Assembly (NCBI GenBank): GCA_032718475.1
Contig: JAUCBJ010000373.1
Location: forward strand, 1-64,000
Length of the DNA stretch: 64,000 nucleotides
Source: Nemertoderma westbladi
Lineage: Eukaryota; Animalia; Xenacoelomorpha
Reading direction: 5' to 3'
This document shows positions 12,884 through 25,646 of this stretch, piece after piece; position 1 is the stretch's first letter, and the number at the start of each line of letters is the position of its first letter. The translations under genes were made by a program, and so were the position numbers. Below the pieces are notes generated by a model. The model was not told the DNA's origin. It made no database searches and was given only the letters and a program-made list of their open reading frames with translations.

Positions 12884-15434
12884 AAACCCCGGTGACGTTT
12901 TATTACATCATATTATAGAAAATCATTTCATATATATTATTTTCTCAATAAATATTTTTAGCCAGTTATAAATAATATTTAAAATTAATTACGAACACAA
13001 ATCATTTATAAATAATTTACTAAACGCGTGTTAAATTTTTTTAGCCCAGCACAAATAAATCGAAGGAACTACAAACACTAAGTAAAATCACATTTTAAAT
13101 CCACTGCATTATTCCAAGTATCTAAAAATAATTATTACATAATAAATAATAATTGATACTACACTAAACATTGATACTTTATTCAGTCAATAATATATAC
13201 GTTACCGGTACTTCATATTATTATCCATTGACTATTGTACATATGAGAGCGGATTATAGCGTCTCTATCAATTTAATTTGATAAATATATATTTGTTAGA
13301 AAATAGTATATTCAATTACCTTTATAAGGTAAGTAACCCACAAACGACAAAATAAACTATATAATGTTGAATATCCCGGTTCGAAATACCTTACTAATTT
13401 AGTAAAACTTACACAAAATTTGCCTGCCCCCAATTTTCCAATGATTGACATTATAAATTTGACAATATTAGCATGTAAACAGCAAGTTGTATTAAGTTTG
13501 TAAGATATATAAATTTTTCTAAACATAACAAGTGCATATCAAAAATTTAGTTATAAACTTGACAAGTTTAAAAGGAGAAGTAAATTTATTAAAATTGGTA
13601 AGTTATCCCTATGTTTGTGTATGGCGAAGGTTTCCTATTGGTTGGAATGTTTAGGGATCATGACACAGTCATACAGTACTGACACCTGGCCTGTCAGCCT
13701 GTACCTCTCAACCAGTACAGCAGCAGTCAGGCAGAACCAGTAGCTTCAGAACTGGTGAACTGTGTGATTTCAGTTAGTCAGTGCTGCAGTGTACACTGTA
13801 CAGGTACCATTACAGCGTTACAGGGGTTGTCAGACAATCAGAGTACAGGAGTAAGTTAGTGGCAATTGGTTACATTCCATAGGCAGATAGGCCCTGCCCT
13901 ACCGCCACCACCAGTCAGCCAGTACAGCGTTACCAAAAATTTAATGATTTATGTTATTCTACTGATTTATGTATATTATATACAAGCTTTTGAAAAGTTT
14001 CCCATCTTCATATCAATCGAGCCCCCCTATCGATTCCGGCTCAATAGGCCTATCATTGACAACTAACAGCAAATCCGACCCCAGCTTATTTTGGAGAAAT
14101 GAATACTGTAGCCCTGGGTAGGGTAGTCACAATATGAATCCGACTACTTCAGTACTTAATGCAGTAATGGGGCTCTGATTGCGTGAAAGCTGTGGAAGTG
14201 GACTGATGTTGAACTTAGTAAAGGAATTCTTTTCCCAGTTAGAATGAGTTAAACGAAACACATTCCATTGGATCCTGTCAAGTCCGAAATCTTCCTCAAT
14301 GTGTTGGTCAGTCGATTTAAACTGGATAAATATGACGAAATGTATCTAATTCGTTCTTGTATTACTGCAGTTAATCAGCTAGGATGCGATCTTAGCAATG
14401 GGAAACGTCGTTGCGTGCCGGCCGTTCACCAGGGACAAGATGATGTCATCCGGGTCAAATGTGTCACTCATTTCAACACACACACGCAAATTGCAATCTA
14501 AGTCATATTTGGTCTTTACTAAAAATGAAATAATGATTTTGTATTTTTGAATATTGTTTATATTATTGTGCATAACAGTCAGACAGTGGCACAATGTATT
14601 GTCTGTGTAACTCATTTGTCCGAAATTCAATACTAGGCGATCTCGACTTATCCAATCTCCATGATCATTTGATATAGTGTTTACATAGGAATACGGTGAA
14701 AAATATTTTGGAGTGTACCATGCATCAGCAACAATGACCATGATTGAACACTGAGTAGGTGTTATTGCAACTGCTACGAGAAATGTTATGAATTTTAGTA
14801 ATATCTGTAGGCCTATATCGAATAGCTGGCAAAACCAATAAATGGTGTTATTCTTTATGTTTTTATACCTAAATACACCATGTCCTATAATATACAATAG
14901 TGTCATTTTCTTATGACACGGACCCCCCCCCCCCCTCTCACCCCACTCAAAAGTCTCCCACTCACTACATAAAAATAAAAAAAACTTAGCAAAACTTGAT
15001 AACTTTATATAAGAACTTAGCAAAACTTGATAACTTTCCTTAATACATTTTTCAAGATAATTACACATTTGATAAACTTAACAAAACTTGCAAATTCTTA
15101 AATTAATTTGATAGACTTGGTAGGTATTTTAAAATGTATGTTCTAAGCTTACTATGTTTTGCAAAGTACTTCTCACATTTTTGAACCGAATTACTTACAA
15201 GTATTTTCTAAATTAGTAAGGTATTATGGTCCGGGATACTTCCTCTGTAACATGTTCCTTTACATCAATTAATAATTAACATTAATTAGCGTTAGTAATG
15301 GTTGTCGGTGTAGCTTTTAGAAGTATTGATTATTATTCTGGCGAACAGACAACGGTTAAACTAAACAAGTTATTTAGTTACTTTTGAAAGATATTCTTCT
15401 AACTAAAATGAATTCCAATCAGGAAACTCGGTAA

Positions 15435-16307
15435 CTAAAGTTTTGAACTTTTGCGATCCATCATTCCTTGTATCAGATCGATAGGCAATGGGAATACAAT
15501 AGTAGAGTTCTTCTCCGCCGATATGGTTGTCAGGGTCTGCATGTATCTCAGTTGCAGGGCTATAGGCGATTCAGAAATAACATCGGAAGCCTCTTTGAGG
15601 GCCTTCGAGGCTTTCCACTCACCTTCAGCAGCAATAACTTTAGCCTTAGCTTCACGAGCTGCTTCGGCCTCAGCTGCCATCGCTCGCTGCATTTGAACTG
15701 GTAAACGAACATCTTTAACCTCAACCCTCTCAACCTTCACTCCCCAAGGATCAGTGGCCGAATCAAGCATGGTCTGCATGCTATGACTGATATGCTCTCG
15801 ATCAGACAAAACCTCGAAAAGATTTTTGGTTCCCAGAACGTTTCGCAAGGTCGTGGCTGAAAGTAGACGTGTTGATCTGTCAAAATGCTCCACATTTGTT
15901 ATGGAAATAATGGGATTGAAGACCCTGTAGTAGACAACAGCATCAACAGCAACTGTAACAGAATCTTTGGTCAGGATCTCTTGGGGAGGCACGTCAAACG
16001 AGACGGTTCTTAGATCGACTTTTTGGTAGTTGTCGGTGCATGGTAGAATGCAGAAAAGACCGGGTCCTTTCGCACCACCTTGGAGGATTCGACCCAGACG
16101 AAATATAACAGCTCTTTCATATTCCTGTACGATTTTGAAACACATGAAGATGCTGATAGGGAAGGTAAGAATGACAGCGATAAAACTTAGGAAAATCAAT
16201 ATGTAGTCGCATATTCCTCTTTTGGGGGCTTGACCTCTGTCATTGTATAATTCGCCTTCACTGCCCACCCGAGCTGAGGAATTATCCATAATAGGTAAAT
16301 CAATCAT
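15435..16307 (-). CDS. STOM: Stomatin / band 7 (MEC-2-like) SPFH-domain protein, 290 aa, single ORF
   Basis: Hydrophobic hairpin with TFP, then KIVQEYERAVIFRLGR, GPGLF, DLRTVSFDVPPQEILTKDSVTVAVDAVVYYR, RAMAAEAEAAREA and ALQLRYMQTL...EKNSTIVFPLP. Confidence 0.97.
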   Translation of the reverse strand: MIDLPIMDNSSARVGSEGELYNDRGQAPKRGICDYILIFLSFIAVILTFPISIFMCFKIVQEYERAVIFRLGRILQGGAKGPGLFCILPCTDNYQKVDLRTVSFDVPPQEILTKDSVTVAVDAVVYYRVFNPIISITNVEHFDRSTRLLSATTLRNVLGTKNLFEVLSDREHISHSMQTMLDSATDPWGVKVERVEVKDVRLPVQMQRAMAAEAEAAREAKAKVIAAEGEWKASKALKEASDVISESPIALQLRYMQTLTTISAEKNSTIVFPLPIDLIQGMMDRKSSKL

Positions 16308-16819
16308 TTAGTTTGATAAGAAGAAATTGGTTACGGCCGAGAAAGAAACAAATGTAATTTATAGTTCAGTTAGGAAACAATTATTGCGATTAGTACTCCA
16401 ATCAGTATGCAGTACAATATATCTTGTATGTGCACTGTGCAGTGTGCATACATACATATAATGGGCATGTTATTTATAGACGCTATACAAACAAACCGTA
16501 GTGGAATTCACAAGGCAATATTCTATTAACTGTATATAGAGGTTTTGATATGCCAGGCGGTGTGTTGTATGATAAATTACCGAACAACGTCAGCAACAAA
16601 TAGATATAATTGCATGTCGGATCATAAAATATCCCCAGTCCAGAGGACAATGTCTAATAAGCAATGAGATATATCTTGCCTTGAGAATGTATATTATTAG
16701 TAATATTTGATACGGCTATGTTAGCTATGGGTGAGAGGAGATACAATATCTGACGATATGAGATAGTGTGAGATGAGTGCATATAGTTACACGTTCGTGG
16801 GGCCTTCGCGCAGCACCAA

Positions 16820-17085
16820 GTGAGCAAAGCCTTTAGCATATGGGTACCATTAACGAGTTGTCTGCCGTTAGTCAGAAGTCTTCAACACAATTCTCGTCCT
16901 CCTCGTCTGCCTCGTTGCGTTCGTTCGTTATTGACGAAACTTCAGATTCATTCTAAACTTTTGACGGGCTACATACATACCAAGTTTCGTTTAATTTCAT
17001 CAAGGAATTAGCGTTCAAAAATTTACGACGACAGACGACGACAGACAACTCGCCAATGGCACCCATATGCTAAGGCTTCGCTCAC
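16820..17085. mobile_element. Short non-autonomous element with ~50-bp imperfect inverted repeats (MITE or Helentron/HINE-like)
   Basis: GTGAGCAAAGCCTTTAGCATATGGGTACCATT..GAGTTGTCTG versus CAGACAACTCGCCAATGGCACCCATATGCTAAGGCTTCGCTCAC; GACGACA micro-repeat. Confidence 0.6.
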
Positions 17086-17415
17086 TTCGTGGCTCGCCCC
17101 ACAACAGAGAGGTGAATTGTAATTTGTAGTTAGCTAATGTTATCCTTTTAGCACATAGCGGGTTTTATCTGTTGGGGCATTATTGCATCTTATAGACTCA
17201 CTGAATGGTAATACCTCAATTAATTATTAGCTCCATTCGTTCACCTGTTAGATATAGTAGATATTATTATTATATTGATATGATATTGGTGCTGCGTGTG
17301 TATAACATGATTAATATCATTCCTGAAGGTGTCGTTATTGTGATAGACGTAACAAGTTGTGTTAGAACTTCGTAACTCACCTTAGGTGCGGCGATATAAT
17401 AATTATGTACGAGAC

Positions 17416-20400
17416 TTTATTATTACAGTGAACATTGCTTTATTGTAACTCTTATTATTACAGTGAACATTGCTTTATTGTAACTCTTATTATTACAGTG
17501 AACATTGCTTTATTGCAACTCTTATTATTAGAGGGAACATTGCTTTATTGTAACTCTTATTATTACAGTGAACATTGCTTTATTGTAACTCTTATTATTA
17601 CAGTGAACATTGCTTTATTGTAACTCTTATTATTACAGTGAACATTGCTTTATTGTAACTCTTATTATTACAGTGAACATTGCTTTATTGTAACTCTTAT
17701 TATTACAGTGAACATTGCTTTATTGTAACTCTTATTATTACAGTGAACATTGCTTTATTGTAACTCTTATTATTACAGTGAACATTGCTTTATTGTAACT
17801 CTTATTATTACAGTGAACATTGCTTTATTGTAACTCTTATTATTACAGTGAACATTGCTTTATTGTAACTCTTATTATTACAGTGAACATTGCTTTATTG
17901 TAACTCTTATTATTACAGTGAACATTGCTTTATTGTAACTCTTATTATTACAGTGAACATTGCTTTATTGTAACTCTTATTATTACAGTGAACATTGCTT
18001 TATTGTAACTCTTATTATTACAGTGAACATTGCTTTATTGTAACTCTTATTATTACAGTGAACATTGCTTTATTGTAACTCTTATTATTACAGTGAACAT
18101 TGCTTTATTGTAACTCTTATTATTACAGTGAACATTGCTTTATTGTAACTCTTATTATTACAGTGAACATTGCTTTATTGTAACTCTTATTATTACAGTG
18201 AACATTGCTTTATTGTAACTCTTATTATTACAGTGAACATTGCTTTATTGTAACTCTTATTATTACAGTGAACATTGCTTTATTGTAACTCTTATTATTA
18301 CAGTGAACATTGCTTTATTGTAACTCTTATTATTACAGTGAACATTGCTTTATTGTAACTCTTATTATTACAGTGAACATTGCTTTATTGTAACTCTTAT
18401 TATTACAGTGAACATTGCTTTATTGTAACTCTTATTATTACAGTGAACATTGCTTTATTGTAACTCTTATTATTACAGTGAACATTGCTTTATTGTAACT
18501 CTTATTATTACAGTGAACATTGCTTTATTGTAACTCTTATTATTACAGTGAACATTGCTTTATTGTAACTCTTATTATTACAGTGAACATTGCTTTATTG
18601 TAACTCTTATTATTACAGTGAACATTGCTTTATTGTAACTCTTATTATTACAGTGAACATTGCTTTATTGTAACTCTTATTATTACAGTGAACATTGCTT
18701 TATTGTAACTCTTATTATTACAGTGAACATTGCTTTATTGTAACTCTTATTATTACAGTGAACATTGCTTTATTGTAACTCTTATTATTACAGTGAACAT
18801 TGCTTTATTGTAACTCTTATTATTACAGTGAACATTGCTTTATTGTAACTCTTATTATTACAGTGAACATTGCTTTATTGTAACTCTTATTATTACAGTG
18901 AACATTGCTTTATTGTAACTCTTATTATTACAGTGAACATTGCTTTATTGTAACTCTTATTATTACAGTGAACATTGCTTTATTGTAACTCTTATTATTA
19001 CAGTGAACATTGCTTTATTGTAACTCTTATTATTACAGTGAACAGTGCTTTATTGTAACTCTTATTATTACAGTGAACATTGCTTTATTGTAACTCTTAT
19101 TATTACAGTGAACATTGCTTTATTGTAACTCTTATTATTACAGTGAACATTGCTTTATTGTAACTCTTATTATTACAGTGAACATTGCTTTATTGTAACT
19201 CTTATTATTACAGTGAACAGTGCTTTATTGTAACTCTTATTATTACAGTGAACATTGCTTTATTGTAACTCTTATTATTACAGTGAACATTGCTTTATTG
19301 TAACTCTTATTATTACAGTGAACATTGCTTTATTGTAACTCTTATTATTACAGTGAACATTGCTTTATTGTAACTCTTATTATTACAGTGAACATTGCTT
19401 TATTGTAACTCTTATTATTACAGTGAACATTGCTTTATTGTAACTCTTATTATTAGAGTGAACATTGCTTTATTGTAACTCTTATTATTACAGTGAACAT
19501 TGCTTTATTGTAACTCTTATTATTACAGTGAACATTGCTTTATTGTAACTCTTATTATTACAGTGAACATTGCTTTATTGTAACTCTTATTATTACAGTG
19601 AACATTGCTTTATTGTAACTCTTATTATTACAGTGAACATTGCTTTATTGTAACTCTTATTATTACAGTGAACATTGCTTTATTGTAACTCTTATTATTA
19701 CAGTGAACATTGCTTTATTGTAACTCTTATTATTACAGTGAACATTGCTTTATTGTAACTCTTATTATTACAGTGAACATTGCTTTATTGTAACTCTTAT
19801 TATTACAGTGAACATTGCTTTATTGTAACTCTTATTATTACAGTGAACATTGCTTTATTGTAACTCTTATTATTACAGTGAACATTGCTTTATTGTAACT
19901 CTTATTATTACAGTGAACATTGCTTTATTGTAACTCTTATTATTACAGTGAACATTGCTTTATTGTAACTCTTATTATTACAGTGAACATTGCTTTATTG
20001 TAACTCTTATTATTACAGTGAACATTGCTTTATTGTAACTCTTATTATTACAGTGAACATTGCTTTATTGTAACTCTTATTATTACAGTGAACATTGCTT
20101 TATTGTAACTCTTATTATTACAGTGAACATTGCTTTATTGTAACTCTTATTATTACAGTGAACATTGCTTTATTGTAACTCTTATTATTACAGTGAACAT
20201 TGCTTTATTGTAACTCTTATTATTACAGTGAACATTGCTTTATTGTAACTCTTATTATTACAGTGAACATTGCTTTATTGTAACTCTTATTATTACAGTG
20301 AACATTGCTTTATTGTAACTCTTATTATTACAGTGAACATTGCTTTATTGTAACTCTTATTATTACAGTGAACATTGCTTTATTGTAACTCTTATTATTA

Positions 20401-22463
20401 CAGTGAACATTGCTTTATTGTAACTCTTATTATTACAGTGAACATTGCTTTATTGTAACTCTTATTATTACAGTGAACATTGCTTTATTGTAACTCTTAT
20501 TATTACAGTGAACATTGCTTTATTGTAACTCTTATTATTACAGTGAACATTGCTTTATTGTAACTCTTATTATTACAGTGAACATTGCTTTATTGTAACT
20601 CTTATTATTACAGTGAACATTGCTTTATTGTAACTCTTATTATTACAGTGAACATTGCTTTATTGTAACTCTTATTATTACAGTGAACATTGCTTTATTG
20701 TAACTCTTATTATTACAGTGAACATTGCTTTATTGTAACTCTTATTATTACAGTGAACATTGCTTTATTGTAACTCTTATTATTACAGTGAACAGTGCTT
20801 TATTGTAACTCTTATTATTACAGTGAACATTGCTTTATTGTAACTCTTATTATTACAGTGAACAGTGCTTTATTGTAACTCTTATTATTACAGTGAACAT
20901 TGCTTTATTGTAACTCTTATTATTACAGTGAACATTGCTTTATTGTAACTCTTATTATTACAGTGAACAGTGCTTTATTGTAACTCTTATTATTACAGTG
21001 AACATTGCTTTATTGTAACTCTTATTATTACAGTGAACATTGCTTTATTGTAACTCTTATTATTACAGTGAACATTGCTTTATTGTAACTCTTATTATTA
21101 CAGTGAACATTGCTTTATTGTAACTCTTATTATTACAGTGAACATTGCTTTATTGTAACTCTTATTATTACAGTGAACATTGCTTTATTGTAACTCTTAT
21201 TATTACAGTGAACATTGCTTTATTGTAACTCTTATTATTACAGTGAACATTGCTTTATTGTAACTCTTATTATTACAGTGAACATTGCTTTATTGTAACT
21301 CTTATTATTACAATGAACAGTGCTTTATTGTAACTCTTATTATTACAGTGAACATTGCTTTATTGTAACTCTTATTATTACAGTGAACATTGCTTTATTG
21401 TAACTCTTATTATTACAGTGAACATTGCTTTATTGTAACTCTTATTATTACAGTGAACATTGCTTTATTGTAACTCTTATTATTACAGTGAACATTGCTT
21501 TATTGTAACTCTTATTATTACAGTGAACAGTGCTTTATTGTAACTCTTATTATTACAGTGAACATTGCTTTATTGTAACTCTTATTATTACAGTGAACAT
21601 TGCTTTATTGTAACTCTTATTATTACAGTGAACATTGCTTTATTGTAACTCTTATTATTACAGTGAACATTGCTTTATTGTAACTCTTATTATTACAGTG
21701 AACATTGCTTTATTGTAACTCTTATTATTACAGTGAACATTGCTTTATTGTAACTCTTATTATTACAGTGAACAGTGCTTTATTGTAACTCTTATTATTA
21801 CAGTGAACATTGCTTTATTGTAACTCTTATTATTACAGTGAACATTGCTTTATTGTAACTCTTATTATTACAGTGAACATTGCTTTATTGTAACTCTTAT
21901 TATTACAGTGAACATTGCTTTATTGTAACTCTTATTATTACAGTGAACATTGCTTTATTGTAACTCTTATTATTACAGTGAACATTGCTTTATTGTAACT
22001 CTTATTATTACAGTGAACATTGCTTTATTGTAACTCTTATTATTACAGTGAACATTGCTTTATTGTAACTCTTATTATTACAGTGAACATTGCTTTATTG
22101 TAACTCTTATTATTACAGTGAACATTGCTTTATTGTAACTCTTATTATTACAGTGAACATTGCTTTATTGTAACTCTTATTATTACAGTGAACATTGCTT
22201 TATTGTAACTCTTATTATTACAGTGAACATTGCTTTATTGTAACTCTTATTATTACAGTGAACATTGCTTTATTGTAACTCTTATTATTACAGTGAACAT
22301 TGCTTTATTGTAACTCTTATTATTACAGTGAACATTGCTTTATTGTAACTCTTATTATTACAGTGAACATTGCTTTATTGTAACTCTTATTATTACAGTG
22401 AACATTGCTTTATTGTAACTCTTATTATTACAGTGAACATTGCTTTATTGTAACTCGTATTAT
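17416..22463. repeat. 35-bp highly homogeneous tandem satellite (~144 copies)
   Basis: Unit CAGTGAACATTGCTTTATTGTAACTCTTATTATTA; almost no variants apart from occasional AACAGTG. Confidence 0.98.
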
Positions 22464-23188
22464 TGTTCCACCATTGATCTTTAAACTTCACAGAGGATTT
22501 ACAATTCTGCAAAACCCTCGACTGGGACTTTTCCTTAATACAAGACCCCTGATCTAGGGCTTGTAAGGCGACGACAGATGCCGTTCACAACCTCTACTAC
22601 TTTTTTAACCTTTTTTAAATTTTATTATAAGTATATAGTCGATTCCCTTAAAATAAAGTGAGGCTGCATGACATGATGCGTTGAAACTTAAGCCAACTAA
22701 TGTAGAGTTTCAAATATTAATATTGCTGTGAAATATTAATTGGAAAAAGTTCCGTAACACACCAAAATAACCTTTAAGGAAAAACATCCGAAATGCTGTT
22801 GTATCTCTCAAACAAACACTCCCTGTACATCCACACCTGCTGCATAAGTAAGTTATGAACCAATGTGAACCACGACATATCCAGTTTATTCTGACGTCAA
22901 TCAATAATAAAACTGGAATCAGTACTAAGTTTCCAATGAATTATTAATATCATACCTCAATGCAAACTCCATAAGCTTAAATCGCATATTAGAATGGAAG
23001 ATTGGTTGCCTGTGGCAACATTATCAGGTTAATAAGAAGCATGGAAGAGTGCCATGGTAATGAAATGCACAACAGTGAATATATTTAAATTGGCAACAAT
23101 AAGTTGGGTTAATTAAATACTGACAGCTTGGGCCTACTGATCAATTGCTTCTTGTGACAAATTTGTGGAATATTATATTTGTTTCATA

Positions 23189-23898
23189 ATGGCCGACAGC
23201 TTGGACCTTGAAAACCGTGATCCGAATGAGATAAACATACACGTTAGAGTGAGTATAAGTAAATAATATTATATACAAACCTGGGCCAACAATAAATTGT
23301 ACATTTGGAGTTTTCATCAGAAATACCAGAAAAGCATTTCTTAGCAATCTTTCTTAGCGTTGATTTTCCTTTAGCTTTGTGGATAATATGACTTTTTACG
23401 ATTAACCAAAATTTTGAGTTCACGCCAAAAACTCCTGCTAACGAAAATGCCTGCTAACGTCAGTAGCCACGGAATAAAACGTTAACGATTTAAAGAATAA
23501 ACATCATTATTTACACTAAACCTATTATTTCAACCTAAGAGATTACTCTAACTTTATAGGCTCTATTTGAAGACGTACTTGCGGAGCCAGAAGGGGCCCA
23601 TTCCATCGACTGTCTATGGAAGCTAACCTACCAGTGTTTCACCGGTACAAAGTCGGTCTGCTATATGATACTGACCACGATATTGGGTCTACCTCTTGCT
23701 TTCGCTTGGGGGTTGTCTTTCGCCTGCATGTCGTTCGAATTGGTCTGGTGTGTGACCCCGCTGCTAAAGATATACTTTGTGGAGTTGGCGGCCTACAGAA
23801 TGCTGTACACCAGCGTGATTCGTTGTGTTTGTGATCCCTGCTTCGAGTCATGTGGTCGTATCTGTGGCGACATGAAGGTCACCCAAGTCAAAGGATAA
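23189..23898 (+). CDS. CAV1: Caveolin, two coding exons (23189-23248 and 23560-23898), 132 aa
   Basis: Exon 1 MADSLDLENRDPNEINIHVR|gtgagt; 311-bp phase-0 intron ending tttatag; exon 2 ALFEDVLAEPEGAHSIDCLWK...ILGLPLAFAWG...WCVTP...CDPCFESCGRI. The caveolin signature FEDVxAEP and the NRDP motif are both present. Paralog assignment (CAV1/2/3) cannot be determined. Confidence 0.93.
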
Positions 23899-24690
23899 CA
23901 TTATTGCAGGATATATACAGAAGTTGTGCAGTACTGTAGGACGAGACTATAACTAACTAATATAAATTACATCAGTTAATCAGCCTTTTGAAATAACTTA
24001 CCTACATGACACTATAATTTTAAATTTTCCTCCACCCCAACAACCCCTCGTTTACTGTTTTGGTTAGAAAAGCCTTTGTCATTGTGACATGTTCCTTCCC
24101 ATTAATTATTATTGTTCAATATATATTTTTTCGTCAACCTGGTCAATCTCAGGTACATCAGCTGTGTATTACCATTAATGTAGGGTTACTACTAGCCCCA
24201 CACCTCTGATTCTAATTTTATTTATTTTTCTTAAAATAGTTATTTAAGTTGTTGTCCTCATTTGAGATAAAGTATATTAAAACCAACTATTTGTAGAGAT
24301 TGGTCCACATCAGCACTGCTGTACCCTGTGCTGTACAATACAGGCCTACATATATGTTGGGGTTGGCCATAGATCCTTCAATGCCTCAAAGTTACCATAA
24401 TATGGTGCAATTCCCAGATAGCACTACTACCTTATGGTAGAATGCCGGGGGGGGGGGGGGGGGGGGGGGTCTAACATACTGCTGTATATACTATTGTATA
24501 TATATATATATATATTAACTGTGTGTGTTAATTGTTATGTGTATTTAGGGTTTAGGGAGAGATACAGTCTATAATAATATAAAGTTGTGAGCTTATATTC
24601 AAATATTTACTGTTGCAGCATGGAAATAAAACATGTATTTAACAATCCAGGGTGACAACCAATAAAGAAAAACATTTAATATATTATAAT

Positions 24691-25117
24691 GTTATATTTC
24701 TGGATTACTTAACGCTAATCCACGGACGTTATTTCTCGCTCGGGTTCGGGTTAGCTAATATGTTGGTCAACATGTTAGCCATTGTTTCTATAATTCTATT
24801 ACATTTTTAAATTTCATATTTTTCAAAATGAATTAGCTAGTTTTTGTTATTATTATATTGTTGTTCTAGAAAATGTTTGGTGGTTTATAAAAATGTTCCA
24901 GAATTTTTTTCTGTAACCTTTTTAAGAGGTTTAGAACATAGTTCTAGAAATTTGATAGATAATAGCGAAAATGTTGGTGAATCGTGAACAAAACATACAA
25001 ATATAAAAATAGGCCAATATTTTATATTTGTATTATATATTATACATCTTGTTAAGTAATCCAGAAATTTAACAATAAAACAACATAATATGTTGTTTTA
25101 TTGTTAAATTTCTGGAT
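24691..25117. mobile_element. AT-rich TIR/foldback element ending in a perfect 29-bp-arm palindrome
   Basis: ATTTCTGGATTACTTAAC (~24695) is inverted to GTTAAGTAATCCAGAAAT (~25051); perfect hairpin 25059-25117 with a 1-nt loop. Confidence 0.65.
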
Positions 25118-25149
25118 ATTATCAGGACAATATTGTTTCTGGACAATAT

Positions 25150-25281
25150 TATTGTGTATAATGTACCTTTTTATCTCACTTCGGTCCCTCGTTTGAATAT
25201 TTCACTCACTCGCTCCGCTCGTTCGTGTAGATATTAACACTCGGGACCGGCGTGAAATAAAGTCCTACATTATACACAATA
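25150..25281. mobile_element. ~130-bp MITE
   Basis: TIRs TATTGTGTATAATGTA / TACATTATACACAATA, with an imperfectly palindromic interior. Confidence 0.65.
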
Positions 25282-25646
25282 TAATAAATAGTTAAATTAT
25301 TCTTAGTAATTAAAAAAATATATTGCGTAACTTATATAAACTAAAATAATCATAAAATATACCGGTAACTATTTAACAATTACACCATATTGAATGTTCT
25401 TAAACATTAATCGAAATATATTTGGTATTAAAATATTACAGTTGAAAATTATTACGAGAACAAAAATTATTTATAGAGTTACAAAAAAATCATTACTAAA
25501 CCAAATCAATATAATCGCGCTTTTAGGATTGTTTTCCTCCTTTGGTTATTAAAACATTTTCAAGCGCATTTATCAGCTATCGACACATTCGTATCGGGAA
25601 CAATGTATTTTATTATCCTCCAATACAAAAGTACCCCGATAAGGCA

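Noticed and set aside
13990-14190. RNase MRP/P-like ATGGGGCTC box
   Set aside because: No convincing partner GAAAGUCCCC strand or closing helix was found.
14379-15068. 229-aa ORF
   Set aside because: No recognisable motif; it runs through a homopolymer and AT-rich degenerate repeats.
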